Source: a virus. Taken from it: a DNA stretch of 38,055 bases. The DNA lies in UHGV virus genome UHGV-0022456; one strand, written 5' to 3'. Positions 7,834 through 16,928 of the stretch are shown here, one piece after another. Within the stretch, counting starts at the first letter, position 1, and each line of letters opens with the position of its first letter. Both the position numbers and the translations under genes were made by a program. Below the pieces are notes generated by a model. It was not told the origin of the DNA and did not search any database. It saw only the letters and a program-made list of their open reading frames with translations.

Positions 7834-9438
7834 ATGGCAGAAGAACAAATAAACAGCCTCGTTAACCTGGCGGCTGAGCAATCACTTATCGGCGGCGTGC
7901 TGCTACTCGGATTCGATGCGGATTTTCGCGAGCGTACGGACTACGTTTTCCAGAATGTACGGGAATCTGATTTCTATTCTTCCGCACATAAAATCATCTG
8001 GCGTGAAATCTGTGCGATGACCGACAAGGCGAAGTCGGTGGATGTAATTACCCTGTTCGACATTATCGAAAGCAAGGGGATGGGTGAAAAGATAGGCGGG
8101 TTCGCATACCTGTCAGAGATAGCAAAAGGCACACCAAGCGCCGCAAACATCAACGCCTATGCTGATATTGTGGTCGAGCGCTCAAATGCGCGTGAGGTTC
8201 TGCGCCGGATGAATGCCGCCCGTGAAATCATCACCAAAGAGGATGGTCGGTCGCTGGCTATCCGCCTGGCAGAAGCGAGTGACATTACCGCAGGCATCGA
8301 CCAGATATCAGCGGGCCGTATGCTGTTTAATCCTGTCGATGTGATCACCTCGCAGCTGGAGACCATTGATGAAGACTATTCCCTTATCGAGAAGATTTTC
8401 AATGAATGTATTAAGCACAAAGATATTACTCTGCTTACTGGCGCTGGCGGTACGGGTAAATCCTGGCTCACCATCAAACTTGGCATTTCTGTCGCGCTCG
8501 GGCGTCCCGCACTTGGCGGGAAATACAATTTCCTCACTCCCGTGGAGCAGGGGGTAGTTGTCTTCCTGATTGGCGAGGATAGCGTTGATGACTACCGGCA
8601 TCGCCTGGATAAGCTGATTAAGGCGGCGGGCATGACCCGTGATGAAAAGGCGCAGATTCTTTCGTCAATCCTGTTCGTTCCTTTGCGTGATAAGGATATT
8701 CGCCTGATTAAGCGTGAGCGTGGGGGCGACCTGGAGCAGACCGGGGTTATCCGCAATCTTGCCGCATCACTGAAGGCGTGTAACTGCCGCCTCGCCATTC
8801 TGGACCCGATGAACAAATTTGCCAGCGGTGAGGAGAACAGTAACAACGAGGCAAACGTATTTATCAACGCTGTACGGCGCGTGGTTGATTTATCCGGCTC
8901 GGCGGTGCTGATGGTCCACCACTCATCAAAAAACGACCCAGGAGGCTCGCGCGGGGCTTCTGCGCTGGTGGATGGGGCGCGTTGTCATCTAGCACTGGCA
9001 ACCATGTCGCAGCTTAAAGGCGAGAAGGCAGAACAAGGGGATGATGATGTTATCCGCCTGACCATGCCGAAGCATAACAACTTTAAAGGATGGGATGGCC
9101 CGGTGTGGCTCAAGCGAAGTGACGCTGGCGACATGCTGACGATTGACCCACCAGAGATGATTGGTACAGGAGCTATCGCCAAGCGCTTTCATGTGGATAC
9201 AACGCGCGTTAAATCGCTCATTATTGAATGCATCCGCAGCAACTCCAGACCGACAAGCACCAGCGAGTTTATTAACGCCTTCATCGAAGGGCCAGGCAAA
9301 GAGCTGTGCCCTAACTATGGTAAGGCAAAGGACATCATCGGCGAAATGCTTAACGACGGCATTCTGGAAGAAGGCACGATGTTCAATCGCAAGGTGTTGC
9401 TGGTGGCTGAGCGCGAGAGTGATAATTTCACCTGGTGA
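7834..9438 (+). CDS. Replication protein with DnaB-like N-terminal domain and RecA/RepA-like P-loop ATPase
   Basis: 534 aa; N-terminal region resembles DnaB helicase N-domain; Walker A LLTGAGGTGKS. Confidence 0.65.
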   Translation: MAEEQINSLVNLAAEQSLIGGVLLLGFDADFRERTDYVFQNVRESDFYSSAHKIIWREICAMTDKAKSVDVITLFDIIESKGMGEKIGGFAYLSEIAKGTPSAANINAYADIVVERSNAREVLRRMNAAREIITKEDGRSLAIRLAEASDITAGIDQISAGRMLFNPVDVITSQLETIDEDYSLIEKIFNECIKHKDITLLTGAGGTGKSWLTIKLGISVALGRPALGGKYNFLTPVEQGVVVFLIGEDSVDDYRHRLDKLIKAAGMTRDEKAQILSSILFVPLRDKDIRLIKRERGGDLEQTGVIRNLAASLKACNCRLAILDPMNKFASGEENSNNEANVFINAVRRVVDLSGSAVLMVHHSSKNDPGGSRGASALVDGARCHLALATMSQLKGEKAEQGDDDVIRLTMPKHNNFKGWDGPVWLKRSDAGDMLTIDPPEMIGTGAIAKRFHVDTTRVKSLIIECIRSNSRPTSTSEFINAFIEGPGKELCPNYGKAKDIIGEMLNDGILEEGTMFNRKVLLVAERESDNFTW

Positions 9439-9444
9439 TTGTGG

Positions 9445-9472
9445 TTGACATTATTAAGTAAAGTGGTAAGGT
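9445..9472 (+). promoter_or_regulatory. Promoter-like element within GGTTGACAT motif upstream of helicase gene
   Basis: -35 TTGACA 9445-9450, 16-nt spacer, -10-like TAAGGT 9467-9472; GGGAG SD, ATG 9503. Confidence 0.35.
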
Positions 9473-9502
9473 TTGAACGGATTTTTAGCGGGAGCAAAAG
9501 AA

Positions 9503-11251
9503 ATGAAACAGCCACGCCCATATCAACAGGAAGCCATTAACTCCACTATCGAGGAGATTAAAAAATATGCCAAGCAGGGGAAATCAGCCCACCTGATTAT
9601 TGATGCAGGGCCTGGAGCGGGGAAGACATTGCTTATGGCTTTTTTGGCTAAGCATGTATTTGAGAGAGGTGGCCGTGTTGTGCAACTGGCTCGCCAGCCG
9701 ATACTGGCAAAGCAGAACTATGACGAGATGTACGAGTGCGGCATACCAGCCGCGCTTTACGCAGCAAAGTTCAACCGCCGTCAGGTTGCGCAGGTTACTG
9801 TTGCAACGGAGGGCACAATAGCCAATTCTCTGCATGACATGAATAAGCCGGTGGATCTTCTACTTTTGGATGAGTGTCACACTCTTAGTCCGGATGATGA
9901 AGATACGCAGATGAACACTATCATTCGACACCTGGATGATGTGACTACAAAAGCCGGCAGAAAGATGCACGTTGTCGGCCTCACGGGAAGCCCGTTCCGT
10001 GGGGTTACTCCATTAACCAGTTTCGATTTCTGGCACGATACGGTATTCAATATTGGCACTGATAAGCTGACGGAACTGGGTTACTTGTCAGTTCCTGTTT
10101 TCGGGTTCGCCGATGCCGATGATGATGCCCTGGACTTCTCCGGCGTAAACACTCGCAGCGGCTCATGGGAGTTCAGCGAGAAGGAACTCGACGAAATCGC
10201 CATGTCCGACGCAGGCAAGAAAAAACTTGTCCGCATTCTGATGCAGGTCATTGAAAAGACCAAAGACCGAAATCAGCGGATAGTCTTTGCATCTACCAAG
10301 CGACACGCCAGGGAGATTCGCCGCATCCTGATTGCCCTGGGCATCGACAAAAGCAAGATTGGCCTTGTCACTGACGATTCCAGCGAGGCAGAGAAAGACC
10401 GCGTTATCAAGCTGTCGAAGGAAGGCAAATTAGACTGGCTGATTAACGTGTCGGTGCTGACCACTGGCTTTAACTCGCCCCTGATTGACGTGGTGGTGTA
10501 CCTGCGCCCGATTGGTTCACTGGTGTTGCTGATTCAGTCAATGGGGCGAGGTGCTCGCCTGCTGGAAGACTGGATGAAAGAGGCTGGATTCCACAAAGAG
10601 AACTATCTGGTGCTGGACTATGCCGGGGTATTCGACCGGCTGGGGCATTTGCTGGATGACCCGACTACCGGCGAGGCGCTTGCTCAGCGTGATAAGTCTC
10701 GCGGAGAAGATAAACCATGCCCGCGCTGCCATGAGATGAACAGCAAGGCGGCTCGTCGCTGCCGGGCAAGGGATGAGTCTGAGCCTGATAAACGCTGTTC
10801 ATTTTTTTGGACGTCACAGATTTGCCCCGACTGCCAGACTGAAAATGACATTGCAGCTACTGAATGCCGTAATCCGTCATGCAGGCGAGAACTAAGGGAC
10901 TCAAATAAGGCTCTGCTGCATCATCCGTATTCAGATGAGGAAATGGTTGGCGTTAAGAAGATGGACGTGCTGAATACGAAAGGAGGTGCGCTAATGGTGC
11001 GCTTCACCCTGGAAGGCGACGAGCGACAACCGTACCTGATATTCCCGATGGGTGGCGATTTATCGAGGCGCATTCTGAAAAAGGAATTTGTCGATGTGTA
11101 CGTACAACCTGGCTGGCGCGGAAGGGTGGCGTCCATGAAAACAGCCGAGCAGATTGTGAAGATGGCGGGCGCATTCATGACGCCGAAGGCTATCGCATAC
11201 CGCATCAACGGCAATAACAAATATGTAGTTGGTCGCAGGAAATTCTCATGA
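9503..11251 (+). CDS. SF2 DEAH-box DNA helicase with C-terminal zinc-ribbon region
   Basis: Track ORF 9473-11251 trimmed to ATG 9503; Walker A GPGAGKT; box II LLLLDECH; C-terminal CPRCH...CRARD and CPDCQ...CRNPSC. Confidence 0.75.
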   Translation: MKQPRPYQQEAINSTIEEIKKYAKQGKSAHLIIDAGPGAGKTLLMAFLAKHVFERGGRVVQLARQPILAKQNYDEMYECGIPAALYAAKFNRRQVAQVTVATEGTIANSLHDMNKPVDLLLLDECHTLSPDDEDTQMNTIIRHLDDVTTKAGRKMHVVGLTGSPFRGVTPLTSFDFWHDTVFNIGTDKLTELGYLSVPVFGFADADDDALDFSGVNTRSGSWEFSEKELDEIAMSDAGKKKLVRILMQVIEKTKDRNQRIVFASTKRHAREIRRILIALGIDKSKIGLVTDDSSEAEKDRVIKLSKEGKLDWLINVSVLTTGFNSPLIDVVVYLRPIGSLVLLIQSMGRGARLLEDWMKEAGFHKENYLVLDYAGVFDRLGHLLDDPTTGEALAQRDKSRGEDKPCPRCHEMNSKAARRCRARDESEPDKRCSFFWTSQICPDCQTENDIAATECRNPSCRRELRDSNKALLHHPYSDEEMVGVKKMDVLNTKGGALMVRFTLEGDERQPYLIFPMGGDLSRRILKKEFVDVYVQPGWRGRVASMKTAEQIVKMAGAFMTPKAIAYRINGNNKYVVGRRKFS

Positions 11252-11736
11252 TTACTCAAGAAGAGCTAAAGAAGGCATTGAATTACGATCCATTAACTGG
11301 AATTTTCACCAGGAATATGAGGGCATCAAATCAAGTTCCTGGACAAGTTGTTGGCTCTAAAGATAGCGGTGGTTACTTGGTTGCAATGATTAACGGGAAA
11401 AGGTACTCACTACACAGGATGGCCTGGCTTTATTTTTATGGAAGGATACCAGTTGGAGATATAGACCACATAAACGGCGTTAGGGACGATAACCGAATTG
11501 TAAACCTCAGGGAATGCAGCCGTAGCAAGAATTGCATGAACAAAAAGATAAATAAAAACAACATGTCAGGAGTTAAAGGGGTTGGCTGGCATAAGCAAAG
11601 CGGCAAGTGGAGAGCAAGGATAATGATAGACGGAGAGTCTATTCATATCGGTGAATTTAAATCAATAGGTGATGCCGAGTCAGCAATATCAGAAGCAAGA
11701 GATAAAATACATAAGCAATTCGCGAGGCATTCATGA
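11248..11736 (+). CDS. HNH endonuclease with AP2-like DNA-binding domain (paralog 1)
   Basis: HRMAWLYFYG...DHINGVRDDNRIVNLR HNH core followed by SGVKGVGWHKQSGKWRARI AP2-like segment; AT-rich; ATGA overlap with helicase stop. Confidence 0.7.
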   Translation: MITQEELKKALNYDPLTGIFTRNMRASNQVPGQVVGSKDSGGYLVAMINGKRYSLHRMAWLYFYGRIPVGDIDHINGVRDDNRIVNLRECSRSKNCMNKKINKNNMSGVKGVGWHKQSGKWRARIMIDGESIHIGEFKSIGDAESAISEARDKIHKQFARHS

Positions 11737-12149
11737 TAAGGAAAAATCAAAGCCATGACGGTTATTTTATTTACTGGGATGATGAGGCAAAGGGAGATTG
11801 CCGACTTGAGGTATCAGAGCAGATTGACGCTATGGCATGGCTGAAGGAGTTTTACCCGGATGCCAGGAAGGTGACTTTTCATGTACCGAACGAGAGCGAT
11901 TCTAAGCCTCAGTACAGGGCATCTCTTCAGCAGCAAGGGGTAACGTCAGGCGTTAGCGATATCGTTACGCTGTGGGGAACTGGTGCGGTTTTTGAGATGA
12001 AGCGGGCCATCAAGTCGAAGTCATCCGTTAGCAAAGAGCAGCGGGAGTTTCTGAGGCTGTCCCATCAGCAAGGGAAGTTTGCCGCATTGTGCTACGGAGC
12101 TTCAGCTTTTAAGCAGGCATGGGTTGACTATCTCGCCACTTTTAATTAA
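11733..12149 (+). CDS. VRR-NUC domain nuclease
   Basis: 138 aa; PD-(D/E)xK-like GVSDIVTLWGTGAVFEMKRAIK; ATGA overlap with upstream HNH gene. Confidence 0.6.
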   Translation: MIRKNQSHDGYFIYWDDEAKGDCRLEVSEQIDAMAWLKEFYPDARKVTFHVPNESDSKPQYRASLQQQGVTSGVSDIVTLWGTGAVFEMKRAIKSKSSVSKEQREFLRLSHQQGKFAALCYGASAFKQAWVDYLATFN

Positions 12150-12177
12150 GGTTGACATAATACAAGGAGGGAACACA

Positions 12178-12387
12178 ATGAACCGCGAAGAATTTATTCA
12201 GAAAAATATCAAGAAGATTTTAATCAGCGAAGGCTTCAGCCATGAGGCGGCTGAGGTTGGCGCAGATGCTGCGCTGGATTTGTACCTGAGAAAGTCAGAC
12301 TTTCCGAACGGAAAGGCTTTCGACTTCTGCCTGATGAATGCACGCCGTGAAGCCAAGATGAAGCAGTCAGCAATGAGGATTAAGTAA
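12178..12387 (+). CDS. Hypothetical protein (69 aa)
   Basis: Track ORF 12079-12387 trimmed to ATG 12178 with AGGAGG SD at 12165-12170. Confidence 0.45.
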   Translation: MNREEFIQKNIKKILISEGFSHEAAEVGADAALDLYLRKSDFPNGKAFDFCLMNARREAKMKQSAMRIK

Positions 12388-12451
12388 TGACTTTACCTTG
12401 CTCAACTTGTGGCCTAAGATTAATTTTTAAAAAGCAGATTGAGGATAATTT

Positions 12452-12958
12452 ATGTTTCACCCAACAGGTCTAAGTCACGATGAAATATGTAGTCTTTTTG
12501 ACTACGACCCAGAGACAGGAGAAATAAAGAGAAAGTTCAAGGTTAGAGGCTCAAGATCTGATGGTAAAACAGGGGGAATGGGCGGACACAAGTACATAAG
12601 GATAGGATTCAGAGGTTTTAGGATTTACGCGCACAGGCTTGCATGGTTCATCTATCACGGTCATCTGGACCGGGACATTGAAATAGACCACCTGAATGGA
12701 AATGGATATGACAACAGAATTTGCAACTTAAGGCTTGCCACTAGCCAGCAAAATTCATTCAACATAAAAAAACATGCAGATAATCAATCTGGTTATAAGT
12801 GGGTTTACTTTGACAAAAGAAGGCAGAAGTTTTCTTCAAGGGTTTCAGTTAACGGAAGGTCAATGTTTCTTGGTTACTACATAAACCCAGAGGATGCACA
12901 TATGGCGGCGCTAAAGGTAGCCATGGCAGTGCACAAAGAATTTTTCAGGAGCAAATAG
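12452..12958 (+). CDS. HNH endonuclease with AP2-like domain (paralog 2)
   Basis: HRLAWFIYHG...DHLNGNGYDNRICNLR then SGYKWVYFDKRRQKFSSRV; AT-rich; GAGG SD. Confidence 0.7.
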   Translation: MFHPTGLSHDEICSLFDYDPETGEIKRKFKVRGSRSDGKTGGMGGHKYIRIGFRGFRIYAHRLAWFIYHGHLDRDIEIDHLNGNGYDNRICNLRLATSQQNSFNIKKHADNQSGYKWVYFDKRRQKFSSRVSVNGRSMFLGYYINPEDAHMAALKVAMAVHKEFFRSK

Positions 12959-12959
12959 C

Positions 12960-13901
12960 ATGAACTACTTACCAGCACTAAAACCAGCACATGATTTGAT
13001 TCTTTCACAAGAAAGTTCATTCATGTCGATACTTTCTGATGAAAAAATTAATTTTCATAAGGAAATGAATTTTGCAATGCAGCAGCTTTCAGGAAATGAC
13101 TTCTTGCTTAAAGTGGCAATGCAAAACCCACAATCACTAAAGGATGCAATATTAAACCTTGCAGCATTCGGTCTAAGTCTTAATCCTGCACTTAAGCATG
13201 CTTATCTGGTTCCAAGAAAAGGTAAGATATGCCTTGATGTTGGTTATCTTGGCATGGAATACATAGCCATAGACTCAGGAAGCGTGCTATGGGTTCAAAG
13301 CAAGATTGTTTATTCAAATGATACATATGAGTCAATGGGGATAGACAAGGCTCCAGAGCACAGATATAGCGCGTTCGGAAGTAGAGGCTCAATTGTAGGG
13401 GCTTATTGCGTTGCAAAGGTTCACGATGGCTCATTCCTTACCGAAGAGATGAATATAGAGGAAATATATAAAATAAGGTCTCGTTCTGAATCGTTCTCAA
13501 AGGGAAGCATGTCTCCTTGGAAAACTGACGAAGGCGAGATGATAAAGAAGACAGTTATAAAGAGAGCAAGCAAAGGGTGGCCGAAGTGCGACCGACTGCA
13601 AAGTGTTATTAGTTTCGCCAATGAGAATGAGGGCATTGACTTCCAGCGTGAGCGAGCACCAGTGCGCGAGAAGGCTATCAGCCCGGCAACGGAAGAGCAG
13701 GTTAAGACAATCCGTGAAGGCCTGGAGTTTATCAGCCGACCGGAAGAGGCCTTCCTGAAATACTTCTCTGGCAGCATAGCCAAGCGCGTTATTGAGTCCA
13801 TTGAGGAGCTGACCGAGGAGGAGGCAATCAAGGCTATCAGCACCATCCAGAGCATCATGGATAAGCAGGCAGAGAAGCAATCAAATAGAGAGGTATTCTG
13901 A
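12960..13901 (+). CDS. recT: RecT-family single-strand annealing protein
   Basis: 313 aa; pairs with downstream YqaJ-type exonuclease; 5' two-thirds AT-rich, 3' third GC-normal. Confidence 0.65.
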   Translation: MNYLPALKPAHDLILSQESSFMSILSDEKINFHKEMNFAMQQLSGNDFLLKVAMQNPQSLKDAILNLAAFGLSLNPALKHAYLVPRKGKICLDVGYLGMEYIAIDSGSVLWVQSKIVYSNDTYESMGIDKAPEHRYSAFGSRGSIVGAYCVAKVHDGSFLTEEMNIEEIYKIRSRSESFSKGSMSPWKTDEGEMIKKTVIKRASKGWPKCDRLQSVISFANENEGIDFQRERAPVREKAISPATEEQVKTIREGLEFISRPEEAFLKYFSGSIAKRVIESIEELTEEEAIKAISTIQSIMDKQAEKQSNREVF

Positions 13902-14434
13902 TGGGAAGGAGACCTTCTGACATAGATGATGACATGGTTTCTGAGCTTAGAGACAGATTAAATTATGACCCTAATACAGGAATTCTTACATGGAAGAAAG
14001 TCAGAAAAAGAAAACTGATAGGTTCCGAGGCTGGGTTCATGATGAATTCTGGATACATGGCCCTCAAGATTGGGACAAGAAGGATTCAATGCCATAGGGT
14101 TGCCTATGCAATAGTTAACGGAGCAATAGGTGATGGGGTAGAAATCGACCACATTAATGGTGTTAAGCATGATAATAGGATTTTAAATCTTCGTGCATGC
14201 TCTGCATCTCAAAACAGAATGAACGTAGCACTGATGAAAAATAACACATCAGGTGTTAAAGGCGTAAGTTTTTGCAGATCGAGCGGTAAATACAGGGCAG
14301 AAATAATGGTTAATTATAAATCTTACTATCTAGGAGAGTTTTCTAGCATAGATGAGGCATCAAAAGCTGTCTCATCAGTTAGAGCCAATATTCATAAAGA
14401 ATACTCTAATCATGGGGAATTCAAAAAATGCTGA
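13901..14434 (+). CDS. HNH endonuclease with AP2-like domain (paralog 3)
   Basis: HRVAYAIVNG...DHINGVKHDNRILNLR then SGVKGVSFCRSSGKYRAEI; AT-rich; overlaps recT stop by 1 nt and exonuclease start by 7 nt. Confidence 0.7.
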   Translation: MGRRPSDIDDDMVSELRDRLNYDPNTGILTWKKVRKRKLIGSEAGFMMNSGYMALKIGTRRIQCHRVAYAIVNGAIGDGVEIDHINGVKHDNRILNLRACSASQNRMNVALMKNNTSGVKGVSFCRSSGKYRAEIMVNYKSYYLGEFSSIDEASKAVSSVRANIHKEYSNHGEFKKC

Positions 14435-15111
14435 TTGATGACTTGAGGGCTAGGCTTTCTGCATTCAATGATGTTTTCAACCATGACATGCTAACAGTTC
14501 AGCAGCGTGATTATATGTGGTTTAAGTGTCGTCTTGGTGTGATCACCGCATCAAGCATATCAGGCGTACTGGCAAAGACAGGAAGCGCTGCCCGTGATGG
14601 AATAATGGCTGAGTTAATCGCAGAGATTGCCACAGGATCTCCTGGTGAGCCGGTAAGCGCTAAGGCATTGCAGCATGGTATCGACAACGAACCATTCGCC
14701 ATAGAATCATACTCCTTTGCGACCGGTGAAATCGTCAACCAGATACCTTTCGTTTACCGTGATGAAACGATGCGATGCGGATGCTCCCCGGACGGCGTAA
14801 CAGAAAAGAAAACCATTGAGTGCAAAGCTCCGTGGAATACCAGGTATCACATCGAGGCCATTGTTGATGGTAGAATTAAGAAGGAGTACCAGGAACAGGT
14901 TCAGTTCCAGATGTGGGTGTGCGGCACGGAGTCGGTGGACTTCGTTTCATTCGACCCGCGCATGTTGAAGCATAACTTCTTTATGACGACAGTCGAACGC
15001 TCAGACGCGTTCATGAAGAGGTTCGACGACGCCATCCCGCAATTCATCAAGGAAATGGATGCCAAACTGGAACGGCTTGGCTTCAGGTTCGGTGAGCAAT
15101 TCAAAGTATGA
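14428..15111 (+). CDS. YqaJ-like (lambda Exo-type) recombination exonuclease
   Basis: 227 aa; N-terminal WFKCRLGVITASSISGV typical of YqaJ; partner of RecT. Confidence 0.7.
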   Translation: MLIDDLRARLSAFNDVFNHDMLTVQQRDYMWFKCRLGVITASSISGVLAKTGSAARDGIMAELIAEIATGSPGEPVSAKALQHGIDNEPFAIESYSFATGEIVNQIPFVYRDETMRCGCSPDGVTEKKTIECKAPWNTRYHIEAIVDGRIKKEYQEQVQFQMWVCGTESVDFVSFDPRMLKHNFFMTTVERSDAFMKRFDDAIPQFIKEMDAKLERLGFRFGEQFKV

Positions 15112-15114
15112 GAA

Positions 15115-15132
15115 AGGGGCCGATTGGCCCCT
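15115..15132. terminator. Bidirectional terminator between convergent early and tail operons
   Basis: AGGGGCC(15115-15121)-GATT-GGCCCCT(15126-15132); T-rich on both flanks. Confidence 0.6.
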
Positions 15133-15136
15133 CTAT

Positions 15137-15613
15137 TCATTCTGCTGGAGCGGAAGGCCAACTAACATGCTCAGGGTCGGTTGTTACATCAACAGCTTTA
15201 ACCTCGTTTTTGTAGGCCAGCCACGCAGACAGCTTCGACTTGTTGTCGTCGCTGATTTCACCAAGCATCAGTTCTGTTCGCCAATCCAGCATAACAGAGT
15301 CGGCATTGGACAGTAGTTGCTGACGAACCTGCTCTGCGGCAGAAATCAACTCATCCCGTGTGGGTGGTGGAATATCCACCCACGCTGGCATCCCATCAGA
15401 ACCCACGCCAATAGTTTTTCCTTCCGGTGGCTGCCCGGTAAATTCTGCTGATACCTCATCAGAAACATCGATACCATCTTCCGGCCACATGCCACTTTCC
15501 TGATATTCTGTTTTAAGGGCATAAGACAGCAGGCGCACATTCTTTACATCCCAGATAAAACCATGAATGCGGGGCGGTTCCGGAAGAGTCTTATCTTCAT
15601 TTTTAGTCGTCAT
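15137..15613 (-). CDS. Tail fibre assembly protein (Tfa-like)
   Basis: 158 aa immediately downstream of tail fibre gene; C-terminal LSAWLAYKNEVKAVDVTTDPEHVSWPSAP resembles Tfa chaperones. Confidence 0.65.
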   Translation of the reverse strand: MTTKNEDKTLPEPPRIHGFIWDVKNVRLLSYALKTEYQESGMWPEDGIDVSDEVSAEFTGQPPEGKTIGVGSDGMPAWVDIPPPTRDELISAAEQVRQQLLSNADSVMLDWRTELMLGEISDDNKSKLSAWLAYKNEVKAVDVTTDPEHVSWPSAPAE

Positions 15614-15615
15614 GA

Positions 15616-16266
15616 TTAATATCCAATAGCCAGAAAAAAAACATCAGAAAGATTAGAGTCATGACTTGTGCCGGATGTCAGGCACGTCACAGCGTCAAAC
15701 CCAGTATTTGTTACGCTCTCACAAGACGTAACAATCTGTGCAAATGTCAACTTAGTGGCAAATACTCCCCAAACACCAGTCGGAAATGGTGTCGGATAGG
15801 TGACAGGGATTGTTGTCGGTATGCCAATTAATGTTGAGTTAGATAGCCTACGCCGAAAGACCTGGGTAATTAAACCATTTGGAAGTTTAGCTAACAGATT
15901 GTCAGTGCCTTTCCCTGTAAGCTGGAAATAACTCATATCAGGTATTTCAAGCGATTGAGTATTACCGACATCACGGCCAGATGCTGTCCCGAGATCTCCC
16001 AAACCAAGATTCTCGAGAGCCTTAGCGATTGCTGCCGGACCATCAGCTTTAATGTCTCCGAATGGGTCTGTTCTTTGTAGCTTATTTGAATACAGCCATT
16101 GAGATTTCAGGTCTGATAAATTTTGCAGATAACTGAAGTCATTTTTAGTTGGGGGGGTTGCCCCAACAAATTCCCAACCCTTTGCATAGTTAACATCACC
16201 GATTGGCGTCAATCCACCAGTGGCGGTAGAACCGAAAATCTTGCTGAAATCTGCTGGCAGAGCCAT
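15616..16266 (-). CDS. Tail fibre protein (short)
   Basis: 216 aa; Gly/Thr/Ser-rich; position between baseplate genes and tfa. Confidence 0.5.
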   Translation of the reverse strand: MALPADFSKIFGSTATGGLTPIGDVNYAKGWEFVGATPPTKNDFSYLQNLSDLKSQWLYSNKLQRTDPFGDIKADGPAAIAKALENLGLGDLGTASGRDVGNTQSLEIPDMSYFQLTGKGTDNLLAKLPNGLITQVFRRRLSNSTLIGIPTTIPVTYPTPFPTGVWGVFATKLTFAQIVTSCESVTNTGFDAVTCLTSGTSHDSNLSDVFFLAIGY

Positions 16267-16277
16267 GCGATCACCTC

Positions 16278-16928
16278 TTAGTTAATAAAATGCCCGACAC
16301 CAAAACCTTTCATTCCAGGCTGGTCTGCAAATCCGAAGATGTTGCCGTCACCACTGAAGAACAGGTTAACCTTTACGCCAGCAGCTCTTGGTATGATGTC
16401 CGACCCGTTCAGTATAGACTTAATGTTATCACTAACCAGGCCGATGATGTAGACATTGAACTCTGCTGTTCCACCCTGGTAAACCAGAACCTGGTCTGCC
16501 TGAGTCATATTCAACACTGATGTTGCAACGCCGACTTCTGAAACATCACCATAGTTTCTGGCTATCTGCCCAATGATAACCACGCGGTAATCATCATCAT
16601 TAAGAACGGATGATGCCGTGGTCTTATCATCCAGCTCCCTAAATCTTGCCTGTCCGAATCCAGTCGTATTAGGCTGGTCATCGAAGCCGAAGAATACTGG
16701 CTGAATCTCCTTCTCGAAAACCCGGCTTACACCAACAATATCGCCAATGAGATCAAGCCAAACGCCGCGAGCATTGAGGATATTAATGTTTTTGGCGATG
16801 TAATCATAGATATCGCTGGCCTCATCAAAGTCCTCAGCCAGCAAGCGAATAACCTCGATGTAGTTAGGTGACTCGCGCAACTGGTTTTCAATCAGCTGTA
16901 GCGATGATTTCTGATAAAACGTACTCAT
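16278..16928 (-). CDS. Baseplate protein (gpI-like by position)
   Basis: 216 aa; synteny after J-like gene. Confidence 0.45.
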   Translation of the reverse strand: MSTFYQKSSLQLIENQLRESPNYIEVIRLLAEDFDEASDIYDYIAKNINILNARGVWLDLIGDIVGVSRVFEKEIQPVFFGFDDQPNTTGFGQARFRELDDKTTASSVLNDDDYRVVIIGQIARNYGDVSEVGVATSVLNMTQADQVLVYQGGTAEFNVYIIGLVSDNIKSILNGSDIIPRAAGVKVNLFFSGDGNIFGFADQPGMKGFGVGHFIN

